From the IMG/VR virus record IMGVR_UViG_3300022925_000005: a stretch of 64,000 nt of DNA. The stretch is one strand, 5' to 3'. The DNA comes from a virus. This document shows, in pieces, positions 49,462 to 58,991 of this stretch; positions within the stretch are counted from its first letter, which is position 1; the number at the start of each line of letters is the position of its first letter. A program made the position numbers and the translations under genes. The notes under the pieces were generated by a model, which was given only the letters and a program-made list of their open reading frames with translations, had not been told where the DNA came from and ran no database searches.

Positions 49462-49661
49462 AAACTACCAGACCAAAATTCGTTCAAATGTGTCCAAGTT
49501 TCATTTCGAACAATTCTTAGAATATTGGCTGAAGAACACTTATTGTTTCGAGCCATAACTCTCACATTTCGGTGTCCCATTTTCCATAACTTTCTTATTT
49601 GTATAACCTGCTCATCTGTCAACTTTGAAGATGGATGAGACTGACCTCTTAGTATTGGCAT
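49458..49661 (-). CDS. Stand-alone HTH resembling HNH-endonuclease C-terminal DNA-binding domain
   Basis: G..HP.SKLT..QV..IR ... I.R..TW.H. Confidence 0.65.
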   Translation of the reverse strand: MPILRGQSHPSSKLTDEQVIQIRKLWKMGHRNVRVMARNNKCSSANILRIVRNETWTHLNEFWSGSL

Positions 49662-49931
49662 TTAACTTGCTTTTTTTAACTCATTGATTACATTATTATA
49701 TGCCAACTCTGATTGTAACCCTGATAATCGTTGGATTTCTTTACCATTTTGTTCTATAACAACTAATGGAATACTACGAACTCCATACTTTGCAGCTTCT
49801 TCAAAATCTTTATCTACATCAAAGTCAGAAAAGGTAACATCAGTATGTTCGTTTTTTAACTTATTGATTGTTGGTGTCAATGCTTTACAAGGTCCACACC
49901 AAGTTCCATAAAATTTCTTTACTTCTATCAT
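49662..49931 (-). CDS. Thioredoxin
   Basis: WCGPC, VRSIP. Confidence 0.92.
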   Translation of the reverse strand: MIEVKKFYGTWCGPCKALTPTINKLKNEHTDVTFSDFDVDKDFEEAAKYGVRSIPLVVIEQNGKEIQRLSGLQSELAYNNVINELKKAS

Positions 49932-49955
49932 AATTGTTTTATTTAATTGTTTACT

Positions 49956-51737
49956 CTATCCATCACAACTTAAACATTCCGGGTCCATTGCTTGTGTTGC
50001 AATATCACCTCTGAGTACTGATTCAGTTCTCATATAATATAACGTCTTTACACCTTGCTTCCAAGCTTCCATCGTTACCTGATTTATCCACTTTGGAGAT
50101 GCGGTTGATGGGAATGCTAAATTTAATGAAACTGATTGGTCAATATATTGTTGTCTAATACCTGCCTGTCTTACCAAATCCAATTGATTAATTTCTTTGA
50201 ACGTTTTAAATACACTCTTAATAGTGAATGTTTTATCATTTTCAGTTTCATCTACATCAGATAACTTAATCACCTTACCATTCAAATAACACCATTCATC
50301 CAATTCTGAGATATCTTGTATTGAACCACCATCAGCCATAATCTTATCCCAAATTTCTTTGGTATTGATTCCAACTTTTCGTAGAACCTTTTCCAACTCT
50401 TTATTCTTACGAATAAACGTTCCTTTAGCAGTTTGTTCAGTAAATATATTAGCCGCCCAAGGTTCAATTCCAGCTGATACATCACCACTCAATTTAGAGT
50501 TAGATACAGTTGGTGCAATTGCTCTAAGGTGAGTATTTCTCATCCCACTATCTCTACACCATAATGGTTCTCCATATTCATCTGCCATATCTCTACTCGC
50601 TCTTTCAGATTCAATCTTTAGTTGAGAGAAAATCTTACGAGTTTCAAATTGTGCAGTCATACCTTCAAATGGAATACCATTCTTTTGTAAGTAAGTGTGC
50701 CACCCTAATACACCCAATCCTAATGCTCTACCTTTTTCAGCAGAACGTACCGAATTTTCAAAACCCTTTAGGTTCTTAGCCTTTTGAATGAATTCTGAAA
50801 GAACCCCATCTAAGAACCAAGTTGCGGTATAAACTAAATCAGTATCTTTCCACTCATCGTATTTAGCCACATTTAGTGAAGAAAGACAACACACAAATGA
50901 ATGTGATTCATCGGTATGTAAGGTGATTTCAGAACAAATGTTAGTCATATGAACTTTCAATCCATTTTGCTTATATGGTTCTGGGTTTTGTTTGTTTACA
51001 TTCCCTTTGTACATAATATAAGGTTCACCAGTTGCTTTACGTTTCTGAAGTAATTTACCCCATTTTCTACGAGCTTCTTCATCACCATTTTCCAACTTTC
51101 TCATAAACTTATCACCCACTACCGCACATTGGTGTAGATTAAGTGATTGTCTATTTACATCACCCTTTGGTTCTCTAATCTCCAACCACTCTTCAAAATC
51201 CTTATGGTCAATATTTAGGTTAACCGATGCTGCACCTCTACGAACTGAACCTTGATTGGTTGCAAGGATTGTTGAATCGTAGATTTTAGCGAATGGAATT
51301 ACACCATCAGATGTACCATTTCCAGTAATAGGTGCCCCAGCTGGTCTGATTTGGTTGATACCAATACCAACTCCTCCACCATGTTTTGCCAATAGCATCA
51401 ATTCTAAGTTTTTGCTACCAATATCGTAGATTGAATCAGCTACATCAATTCCGAAGCAAGAAATAGGTAATCCCCTATCGGTACCAGTATTTGAAAGTAC
51501 AGGTGTAGCAAGATTCAACCAACCTTTCCAAATGTAATCAAAAAACTTCGATGCCATTTGTGGTTTATTTAAACGTTGAGCAACTTTTGTTGCTACACGC
51601 CAATACGCATCCTTTGGTTTTTCATCATTGATTAAATACCCCTTAGAAATTGTTTTTACATATATTTCGGTGTTAGCCCATTCAGGGAAATCCACACCTA
51701 ACTCCCAACCTAAATCTTCTCCGTAATTCTTAGCCAT
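49956..51737 (-). CDS. nrdA: Class I ribonucleotide reductase alpha subunit
   Basis: ATPVLSN, ISC, GGGVG, NICSE, APTVSNS, YIDQSVS, KTLYY, C-term CLSC. Confidence 0.95.
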   Translation of the reverse strand: MAKNYGEDLGWELGVDFPEWANTEIYVKTISKGYLINDEKPKDAYWRVATKVAQRLNKPQMASKFFDYIWKGWLNLATPVLSNTGTDRGLPISCFGIDVADSIYDIGSKNLELMLLAKHGGGVGIGINQIRPAGAPITGNGTSDGVIPFAKIYDSTILATNQGSVRRGAASVNLNIDHKDFEEWLEIREPKGDVNRQSLNLHQCAVVGDKFMRKLENGDEEARRKWGKLLQKRKATGEPYIMYKGNVNKQNPEPYKQNGLKVHMTNICSEITLHTDESHSFVCCLSSLNVAKYDEWKDTDLVYTATWFLDGVLSEFIQKAKNLKGFENSVRSAEKGRALGLGVLGWHTYLQKNGIPFEGMTAQFETRKIFSQLKIESERASRDMADEYGEPLWCRDSGMRNTHLRAIAPTVSNSKLSGDVSAGIEPWAANIFTEQTAKGTFIRKNKELEKVLRKVGINTKEIWDKIMADGGSIQDISELDEWCYLNGKVIKLSDVDETENDKTFTIKSVFKTFKEINQLDLVRQAGIRQQYIDQSVSLNLAFPSTASPKWINQVTMEAWKQGVKTLYYMRTESVLRGDIATQAMDPECLSCDG

Positions 51738-51738
51738 T

Positions 51739-52047
51739 TTAATTTTCGTCTTTTACAAATACACCATTTACGGTATTTCCTGTTCTATCTTTAATTTCAT
51801 TCCATGCTGCTTCCAAACATTCAGTTGGATTCAATCCCATTTGATAAGCAAGGATAATTAGGGTAACAAAAGTATCACCAATCCCATCCATAATCTCATC
51901 AGTTTTCTTATTCTTAGCAATGGCACCTGCAGTTTCACCGAGTTCCTCCATCACTTTCATTAGTTGTTTAGGAGCGTTTTCTTGTTTAAGGATATCCTTA
52001 GCATCAGCCCATCCTTTTACGTTATTTATTAATTCGTCAAATGTCAT
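51739..52047 (-). CDS. MazG-like NTP pyrophosphohydrolase
   Basis: KVMEELGE...DGIGD, AWNEIKDR. Confidence 0.85.
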   Translation of the reverse strand: MTFDELINNVKGWADAKDILKQENAPKQLMKVMEELGETAGAIAKNKKTDEIMDGIGDTFVTLIILAYQMGLNPTECLEAAWNEIKDRTGNTVNGVFVKDEN

Positions 52048-52454
52048 TTTAATATTGTATTTTTTAAATTGTAGGTTCCGAATAGTTCTTCACCTTGTTT
52101 AATGGGTTTTATTATCTTCTTTGTTACAGAATCAACATTACCATCCTCTTCCTTTGTATTAACGTATGCCCAAGGATTCGATAAATTAAAATACGAATCT
52201 TTAAACAATCTAAACCAAATAAACGGATATTCTTTTCGATTTTCATATGATTTTAAAATCAAAAATTTAGATGAATCTGGTAATATATTAAATTCATCTT
52301 CCGATACTATATATGATTTAGTTTCACCACCCCATCTGATAAAAACATCCTCACCAACTTCCAAGTCTCTAAGAGCAAAAGTCCCAATGCCATGTGTTGG
52401 TGAGGGTGCTATATCAGTTTTCAAACATTCATTTAAATATGTAAATGGTTTCAT
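52044..52454 (-). CDS. SET-domain protein (lysine methyltransferase-like)
   Basis: PS.THGIGTFALRDL..GE, YVN (canonical NH reads NT), IKQGEEL..TY. Confidence 0.72.
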   Translation of the reverse strand: MKPFTYLNECLKTDIAPSPTHGIGTFALRDLEVGEDVFIRWGGETKSYIVSEDEFNILPDSSKFLILKSYENRKEYPFIWFRLFKDSYFNLSNPWAYVNTKEEDGNVDSVTKKIIKPIKQGEELFGTYNLKNTILK

Positions 52455-52456
52455 AC

Positions 52457-52491
52457 TACAAATATACGAAATTTATCTCAATTTACCAAAG
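52457..52491 (-). promoter_or_regulatory. Bacteroidetes-type promoter abutting SET start codon
   Basis: Minus TTTGG...CGTATATTTG-TAGT-ATG. Confidence 0.75.
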
Positions 52492-52496
52492 GTTTA

Positions 52497-53492
52497 TTAA
52501 AATAAATCTCCCCAATCTTCACCTTCACCCGCCTTTGAATAATCGGTAGGTCTAACTGCGAAGAAATCGGTATGAGTCAAACCACCAGTTAAGTGATAGA
52601 ACCACTCTAAGTTCTCAGTTTGCTCTTTGTTGTATTCGAAGATGGAATCGTATCCCAACTCCTGTAATTTGGTATTTGCTCTCGCTTTGATAAATTCTTT
52701 CAAATCAGATGATGATAGATTTTCTAAATCACCCATTTCAAACATTTTATCAATGAATTTTGATTCCAACTCAACTATAAGTCTAGCTGCCTCTTCGATA
52801 GATTCTCTACTATCACCTTTAAGTTCAGGAAACTCATTACACATTTCTCTAAACAATTGACAACCCATCTTTGAGTGAAGTGATTCATCTCTAACACTCC
52901 ATTTCATTTGTTGCCCAATACCCTTCAATAGATTTCTCATTTGGAATGAATATAGAACAGCGAATGAAGAGTAAAGTGAAACACCCTCACTAAATGCTGA
53001 GAAGATTGCAAGTGAACGAGCCACTTCCTGTCTAGCTTCAGAATTTTTCTCCAAATCGGTATGTGTCCAATTGTTAGTTGTTGCTGTTAGGAGTTCAAAC
53101 TTCTCAGCTGTTGCAGGTTCATGCAAAAATGCCGAGAAGTCATCCAACCCTAATGTTTCATTTAAATATGAATATGCCGTTGCGTGGATTGTTTCTTGGG
53201 AACCAAACATCATAGCCATCTGCTTAATTTCATGCTTTGGGAACCAATTGGTAACCATCGTAGTCCAATAATCAGATACAGCACATTCAGTTTGAGCAAA
53301 TCCCAAAAGAATGTTACCAACTAAGTTTTTTTCTTCTTTAGTAAGATGTTCGTTCCAATCCTTTACATCACCCTGCATAGGTATCTCAGTATGTAGCCAA
53401 AACGCTTGTGCTTGTTTTAACCAACCCTCAGTATAGTAATCAGGATATTCAAATGGTTTGTAAGGAATTCTTTCTTTAAATAATTTGCTCAT
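52497..53492 (-). CDS. nrdB: Class I ribonucleotide reductase beta subunit
   Basis: FW..TE, ETIHATAY, EG..LYSSF, RDESLH, DFF...PTDY. Confidence 0.95.
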   Translation of the reverse strand: MSKLFKERIPYKPFEYPDYYTEGWLKQAQAFWLHTEIPMQGDVKDWNEHLTKEEKNLVGNILLGFAQTECAVSDYWTTMVTNWFPKHEIKQMAMMFGSQETIHATAYSYLNETLGLDDFSAFLHEPATAEKFELLTATTNNWTHTDLEKNSEARQEVARSLAIFSAFSEGVSLYSSFAVLYSFQMRNLLKGIGQQMKWSVRDESLHSKMGCQLFREMCNEFPELKGDSRESIEEAARLIVELESKFIDKMFEMGDLENLSSSDLKEFIKARANTKLQELGYDSIFEYNKEQTENLEWFYHLTGGLTHTDFFAVRPTDYSKAGEGEDWGDLF

Positions 53493-53500
53493 AATTGGTT

Positions 53501-53671
53501 TTATTTAGATTCTTCTACTGAAAGTTTTCTATAATCCGTTACCAATTTTTTAATCTCACCAATATGTTTGCGAGCTCTTGATTTAGCTGCTTTGGTTGTT
53601 CCGTTGTGATTTTCTTCGAACGCTACGAATAGTTCTTGAATTTGTTCGAATACTTCTTGCGATGTTGCCAT
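53501..53671 (-). CDS. Histone H1-like Hc1-family protein (56 aa, not in track)
   Basis: MATSQEVFEQIQELFVAFEENHNGTTKAAKSRARKHIGEIKKLVTDYRKLSVEESK; KAA..RARK...E..KL...R..S.E pattern. Confidence 0.75.
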   Translation of the reverse strand: MATSQEVFEQIQELFVAFEENHNGTTKAAKSRARKHIGEIKKLVTDYRKLSVEESK

Positions 53672-53862
53672 AAATTTTATTATTTTTAATTGTTAAAGTT
53701 ACCAACCCTTATTTGAGTTGGGTGAATATAACTATCGTATATATTCTAAAATGAATAAATTTTTGATAGTATTTTTTTATAAATTACTTTTTGATATTTT
53801 GAGTACCCATCATAACTCAGGTGTTAAAATACCTTAATTGTAATTTAATAGATTTACAATCA

Positions 53863-55221
53863 CTATCCAAAGTTTTCTACATATTTTTTGTGTAGTAATT
53901 GCTTCTCCATTTCTTGCCCATTTGCCGATTCTTTCTGAGTAATGATTCCATCTGATGAGTTACCATCATAAACCTCAATGAATCCATTATTAGTATCCAT
54001 CTTAGATGGGAATGTAATCCCATCAGGTCCAAAACGATTCTTCATAATGTGGAATCTAGCAGTATTGTTCAATTTATCTTTTGCTTTCCTACTGATACTC
54101 ATAATGAAATCTGCGTTCATTACCTTAGCGTAAGAATCCGCTATCTTGTCAGCTTCAATAACTTCTGAATCAATTGCTGAACGATTGGTTTGGGATGCTG
54201 TCCAAATTGGAATACCCAACTCACCACTTATACCTCTTAACTCAATATATACACCACCCTGCTCACCATAAGTTGAATCGGATTTATTTGTATGAGATAA
54301 TAACAAATCAGCGTAATCAACTATTATCAAATCAGGTTTATTACCCGCTGCTGTCATTTTCTCAATATGTGCTTCTATTTTCTTAGGAGATACACCCTTT
54401 GGTGGATAATACTTAATCAAAAGTTTACCTCTCAGTTTACTAATCTTATCCAATACTATTTCTTTCTTCTCCTTCACATCAGCTGATGGAATTTGAGTAA
54501 AGACGGTATCGTAACGTTGTCCAACATAATGTTCTGAAAGTTCTAATGAGTAGTGTACTACGTTCAATCCGGCTTTTACAGCGGCTGCTCCTAATGCACA
54601 TAATACCCAAGTCTTTCCAACACCAGATGGTGCAACTGCTACTCCCAATTCACCAGGTCCCAAACCACCATCCATTACATCATCAATACATTCCCATCCA
54701 GTTGAAACTGAATTTCTATCAATCTCAGTTGTTCTTTCCTCAAAGTCCAAAAGGTAATCATGTCCCAATTCGGAATCAACTCCCACCTTCATAGCCTTAT
54801 CTACTAAATCTTTGATTCTATCGTAGTTTCCAGCTTTGAGTAAATCAATTGATTCAACAATTGCCTGTTTTAGATTTTGGTTGATACAAAATGATGAAAA
54901 TTCCTTCTTCACATAATCTAAATCGGAATCACCAATTTGTGTGAATACTGATTTTAGTTGCTCAATTACATTTTTTTGAAATCCCTTATCATCCAACTTA
55001 GAAACCTCAACTTTAAATACATCTAACGTTGGTGATTTCTTAAACTCAGTATGATAGTTTATAATCTCCTCAGCAATCCACTTATTTGATTCAGCTTCAA
55101 AAAACTTTGGATGTATAATTTCACTTAATGTATCTAATAAACGAACATCAGCAATCAAAGATGATAACACCTTTGTTTGAAATGATTGTCCGAATTTAGC
55201 AAGAGTATCTATATTTTGCAT
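53863..55221 (-). CDS. DnaB/gp41-like replicative helicase
   Basis: APSGVGKT, YSLE, IVDYAD, TASQTNR, KNRFG. Confidence 0.93.
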   Translation of the reverse strand: MQNIDTLAKFGQSFQTKVLSSLIADVRLLDTLSEIIHPKFFEAESNKWIAEEIINYHTEFKKSPTLDVFKVEVSKLDDKGFQKNVIEQLKSVFTQIGDSDLDYVKKEFSSFCINQNLKQAIVESIDLLKAGNYDRIKDLVDKAMKVGVDSELGHDYLLDFEERTTEIDRNSVSTGWECIDDVMDGGLGPGELGVAVAPSGVGKTWVLCALGAAAVKAGLNVVHYSLELSEHYVGQRYDTVFTQIPSADVKEKKEIVLDKISKLRGKLLIKYYPPKGVSPKKIEAHIEKMTAAGNKPDLIIVDYADLLLSHTNKSDSTYGEQGGVYIELRGISGELGIPIWTASQTNRSAIDSEVIEADKIADSYAKVMNADFIMSISRKAKDKLNNTARFHIMKNRFGPDGITFPSKMDTNNGFIEVYDGNSSDGIITQKESANGQEMEKQLLHKKYVENFG

Positions 55222-55240
55222 CTATAACCTAATTTGATTT

Positions 55241-55275
55241 CACAAATATACAATAAATTTGTGATAAAACCTAAT
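55241..55275 (-). promoter_or_regulatory. Bacteroidetes-type promoter
   Basis: Minus TTAGG...TGTATATTTG. Confidence 0.65.
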
Positions 55276-56322
55276 TTATTTTGTAATAATGTTGTGGAAT
55301 GTTGATTGTAACCAATCATTAATATCCCGCCAATTCTGAAGTACCTTATATTTATTACCCACTTTAAGGAAATCTAACTTATTGAACTGAATATCCTCTT
55401 CAGCAAATCTGTCCAATATTTTCAATTTCTTATTGGTTGGGATATGTGGTTCATCCAACTCCATTAATCTCTTATTCATCAAAAGTTGGTCTTTTGCTTC
55501 TAAGATATCATTATAAAGTTTAATCTTACCACTCTTCTCCTCACACATTTGGAAGAACTCCTCATGTGTTATAAGCCTATCCTCAGAAAGTTCAGGAAAC
55601 CTCTTTAAAAGAGTTTTAATACCACATCCTCTGATGCCAGGTATGTTATCAGATTTATCACCATCCAATGTACGATACAAAAGTAGGTTTTGAGGCCATA
55701 TTCCAAACTCATCAAATACAACTTGTCTATTATATAGTTTCTTTTTGGTAGGTGAGAACACCAATACCTTATCAGAAACTAATTGTAGAAAATCCTTATC
55801 AGTTGAAACAATAACAACTTCACCATCTAACTCATTCTGAGTATATTGAGTTAAATATGCAATGGTATCATCTGCTTCAATTCCATCATAAACCATAGTT
55901 GATACTGGTAAGTAATCTAAGATATCATTCAACCAAACAAATTGTTGTCTCATTGATAATCTCTCATCTTCCTCACTCATCATCTCACCATAGGTACGAT
56001 TTACTCTAAATCGGTTTTTCTCTCTACCAGCTTTGTATCCTTCGTGAATCTGCTTTCTGGATTTAGAACCATCTTTACCATCGAATGTAACCACAACTCT
56101 CGTTGGGTTAAATTCTCTGATTTGATATCCAATGGATTTGAGTGAACCAATCACCCCACCCGTATGGTCACCATCCTCATTCATTGTGGGGTTGGTTGTC
56201 CAGCTACGGATGAAGGTGTTTAGTCCATCAATAATAAGAACTCTACTGTTCCTTTCTCGAAGGTGATTCGTTTTGTGTTCCTCACTTACTTCGTTGAGGA
56301 TATCTTTGTAGAGTTTTTTCAT
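55276..56322 (-). CDS. 5'-3' exonuclease / FEN / T4 RNase H-like
   Basis: IIDG.N, FDG, YKAGR, EADD, STDKD..QL, GDKSDNIPG..G.G.KT. Confidence 0.93.
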   Translation of the reverse strand: MKKLYKDILNEVSEEHKTNHLRERNSRVLIIDGLNTFIRSWTTNPTMNEDGDHTGGVIGSLKSIGYQIREFNPTRVVVTFDGKDGSKSRKQIHEGYKAGREKNRFRVNRTYGEMMSEEDERLSMRQQFVWLNDILDYLPVSTMVYDGIEADDTIAYLTQYTQNELDGEVVIVSTDKDFLQLVSDKVLVFSPTKKKLYNRQVVFDEFGIWPQNLLLYRTLDGDKSDNIPGIRGCGIKTLLKRFPELSEDRLITHEEFFQMCEEKSGKIKLYNDILEAKDQLLMNKRLMELDEPHIPTNKKLKILDRFAEEDIQFNKLDFLKVGNKYKVLQNWRDINDWLQSTFHNIITK

Positions 56323-56576
56323 TATGTTGTTGTTGTTGTATAACCATTACCATTAACCAATCCAACCTGTGTAGGGGATAGGTACTTTTCAATTGCTTCC
56401 AATCTATCATCTGCATCTACCAACATCTGAAGTGCTTCTTCAGCGTTATCGTAGAAATCTTTTGTAGAATGGTCACCAATTCCAGCGGGATGGTTTTCCA
56501 ACAACTCCAACGTAAGGAGTGCCTTTGCTCTATCAGCTTCCGCTGATGTGCGTAACATATTTGCTAATTTACTCAT
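56322..56576 (-). CDS. Hypothetical phage protein
   Basis: ORF track; PAGIGDH motif. Confidence 0.7.
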   Translation of the reverse strand: MSKLANMLRTSAEADRAKALLTLELLENHPAGIGDHSTKDFYDNAEEALQMLVDADDRLEAIEKYLSPTQVGLVNGNGYTTTTT

Positions 56577-56595
56577 AACTTATTATTTTTTAATT

Positions 56596-57717
56596 TTAAT
56601 CTCCAATAACTTGGTCATCTACTACTAAGTTATCCAAATCTTCAGCTGCTGATTTATATTCTCTGATTGTTGCTTCACATATTTTGTTATAAATCTGCTC
56701 TTCCAACTCTTTGTTGTTTTGTAACAACTCAGGGAAATCTTTAGCTTGGAATTTGTGTTCCTCACCAGTTTCAGTATCAATGTAAGTGTACCAAGCTCCA
56801 CCCTGTTTAAGAATACCATTCTCTTTCATAACAGCCAACCATGCTCCATAATTATCAATACCTCTATCGAACATTATTTCAAAATCAGCGTGTCTAAGTG
56901 GTGGTCCCATTCGGTTTTTAACAACCTGTGCTCTTACCTTAATACCAACGATTCTATCAGTACCATTTACCTTCGCCTTAATCGTTCCCATACTCTTCAA
57001 TCTCAAACGAACCGATGCGTGGAAAGCGATTGCTTTACCACCACTCGTAGTCCAAGGGTCAGAGAATGGCATTGCGTTCATCTTCTGTCTCAACTGATTT
57101 GTGAAAACCAATGTGATTTTCTGTCTACCAATTAAGTTAGTGATTTTACGCATTGCCTTTGAGATAATAATTGCCTTATCGGTAGCATATCCATCTTTAC
57201 CATAATCTGCATCCATCTCCTTTTCAGTTGATGCTGCTGCAACTGAATCTACTACGATAGTTACGAGTCTATCTTTCGATGCTACTCTCACCTTTTCAAT
57301 AATAGTTTCAGTATATTCGAAACATTGTTCTACTGTCTCAGCTGCTACATATAGTAATTTAGATACATCCACACCGATTACTTCTAAGAACTCTTTACTT
57401 ACTGCGTTCTCAGTATCAATTAGTACTGCAAGTCCACCTTTCTTTTGTGTTTCCGCAAGGAGGTGAGCTGATACTAATGATTTTCCAGATTGTTCAAGTC
57501 CAGTAATCTCTGCGATTCTACCAACAGGGAATCCACCATAAGGTCTATTCGAAATGGCAACGTCTAGCATTGATGCTCCAGTTGAAACCCAATCAGATAC
57601 ATCGGTAGGAGAATCTCCCCCATCCAAAAAGAATGCTACCTTTTGGTCTTTTGCTTGTTTGTTAAGAGATTCGGCAAGTAAACTTGCCAAATCATCTTCT
57701 TTTGTCTTTTTTGCCAT
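56596..57717 (-). CDS. recA: RecA/UvsX recombinase
   Basis: STG...LD, GLEQSGKS, IDTE, VVDSVAA, NQLR, GGKA..F.ASVR, KNR. Confidence 0.95.
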   Translation of the reverse strand: MAKKTKEDDLASLLAESLNKQAKDQKVAFFLDGGDSPTDVSDWVSTGASMLDVAISNRPYGGFPVGRIAEITGLEQSGKSLVSAHLLAETQKKGGLAVLIDTENAVSKEFLEVIGVDVSKLLYVAAETVEQCFEYTETIIEKVRVASKDRLVTIVVDSVAAASTEKEMDADYGKDGYATDKAIIISKAMRKITNLIGRQKITLVFTNQLRQKMNAMPFSDPWTTSGGKAIAFHASVRLRLKSMGTIKAKVNGTDRIVGIKVRAQVVKNRMGPPLRHADFEIMFDRGIDNYGAWLAVMKENGILKQGGAWYTYIDTETGEEHKFQAKDFPELLQNNKELEEQIYNKICEATIREYKSAAEDLDNLVVDDQVIGD

Positions 57718-57729
57718 TAAGTTTTAGGA

Positions 57730-58545
57730 TTATGAGTTAAATAAATCGTCAAATGCGTTTGCTACATCATCCAACTTCTTTCTATCTTCTACCGCTGGTG
57801 CTGCTTGTGGAGCAGGTGCCGCCGGAGTTGATTGTGGAGTTGATGGAGCTGAAAGTGATTGTTGTGATACACTTTCTTGTGCACCTTCTGCTGTTGGGTT
57901 TAACCAACCTTCCAACACACCTTTCAATTCATCGTAAGATAACTCTGAATAGATATCGGTAATGTTTGTCTGTCCATCCAACAATTGTTTAACCTGCGCC
58001 TCATCATTTGTGATAGGAGTTTGTGATGGTTTAACACGAATGGTAGTTACAGGATAAGATGTTCCTGCATCTTCAGCTGATGTGTACTCAATAGTAATAT
58101 CTCTACCAGTTGTTGGGTCAGTAATATCACCATAATCCGGGTCAGCGATGTAACCTAAGATTTCTTGGTAAACAGTTTTACCGAATCCCCAAAATTTGAT
58201 TCCTTCACCTTCTTCACCACGAACAAGAACAGGTACAAATGTACGGAGTTTTGGTTCCATTTTCTTTGCGGCTTTCCAATCTTCTTTATCACCCATACGC
58301 TTCAATTTATCAGCGAATTCTACGATAGGGTCAGGACGCCCGAACGATGATGGAGATAAGTAAGTTTTGTTGTTGATGTTGTAGTGAAAATACAATTCAA
58401 TGAATGGATTCTCTTTGTTGAATAGGTAAGGTACGATTCGTACTTGATGTTTACCAGGAGTTGGTTTCCAAAGGTTACTTTTTGAGTTTCCAGTGTTTTG
58501 TAGTTTGTTCAGTCTACCTCTGATTGCGCTCAAATCTAGTGCCAT
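57730..58545 (-). CDS. Single-stranded DNA-binding protein (gp32-like)
   Basis: WKP..G...VRIVP, WGFGK.VY, DITD...GRD, acidic C-term AFDDLF. Confidence 0.8.
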   Translation of the reverse strand: MALDLSAIRGRLNKLQNTGNSKSNLWKPTPGKHQVRIVPYLFNKENPFIELYFHYNINNKTYLSPSSFGRPDPIVEFADKLKRMGDKEDWKAAKKMEPKLRTFVPVLVRGEEGEGIKFWGFGKTVYQEILGYIADPDYGDITDPTTGRDITIEYTSAEDAGTSYPVTTIRVKPSQTPITNDEAQVKQLLDGQTNITDIYSELSYDELKGVLEGWLNPTAEGAQESVSQQSLSAPSTPQSTPAAPAPQAAPAVEDRKKLDDVANAFDDLFNS

Positions 58546-58660
58546 AATTTTTAAAATTTTAAGTGTTTAAATTATTTAATGGTTTTATTTTGGTGTCTTT
58601 CCTACACCTTATATAAATATCAAGAAACCTAATTTTAAGAGGGTCTCTCTCCATTTGTTA

Positions 58661-58695
58661 TACAAATATACGAAATAAAATTGATACTACCAAAT
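58661..58695 (-). promoter_or_regulatory. Bacteroidetes-type promoter
   Basis: Minus TTTG-N20-TATATTTG exact consensus. Confidence 0.82.
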
Positions 58696-58701
58696 TTATT
58701 T

Positions 58702-58980
58702 TTACTTTTTTTCATTGATAAAAAAGTCATGCAAAAAGATAGGTGTTTTTTCTCCCACATAGGTGTTGAAAACATTGAATTCAGCATAATCGATTGCATC
58801 AATCATTTCCAACTCTAACTCGTTTATCAGAATCTGAATCACCTTTTCTCTTGAATAGAATACAATACCAGTATCCTCCTGAATTCCTATGATTGCATTA
58901 TCGAATCCTTCTGCAAGAACCAATTCATCCCAATACTCAACTGCTGCATCTAAATCTACTGAAGTACTCATCTCTTTCAT
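58702..58980 (-). CDS. Hypothetical phage protein
   Basis: GFDNAIIG...FN...YVGE.TP. Confidence 0.7.
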   Translation of the reverse strand: MKEMSTSVDLDAAVEYWDELVLAEGFDNAIIGIQEDTGIVFYSREKVIQILINELELEMIDAIDYAEFNVFNTYVGEKTPIFLHDFFINEKK

Positions 58981-58991
58981 ATTTTGTTGAA

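Noticed and set aside
53672-53862. AT-rich gap with small hairpins as replication origin or ncRNA
   Set aside because: No iterons or feasible extended structure; explained by terminator/promoter and Hc1 leader
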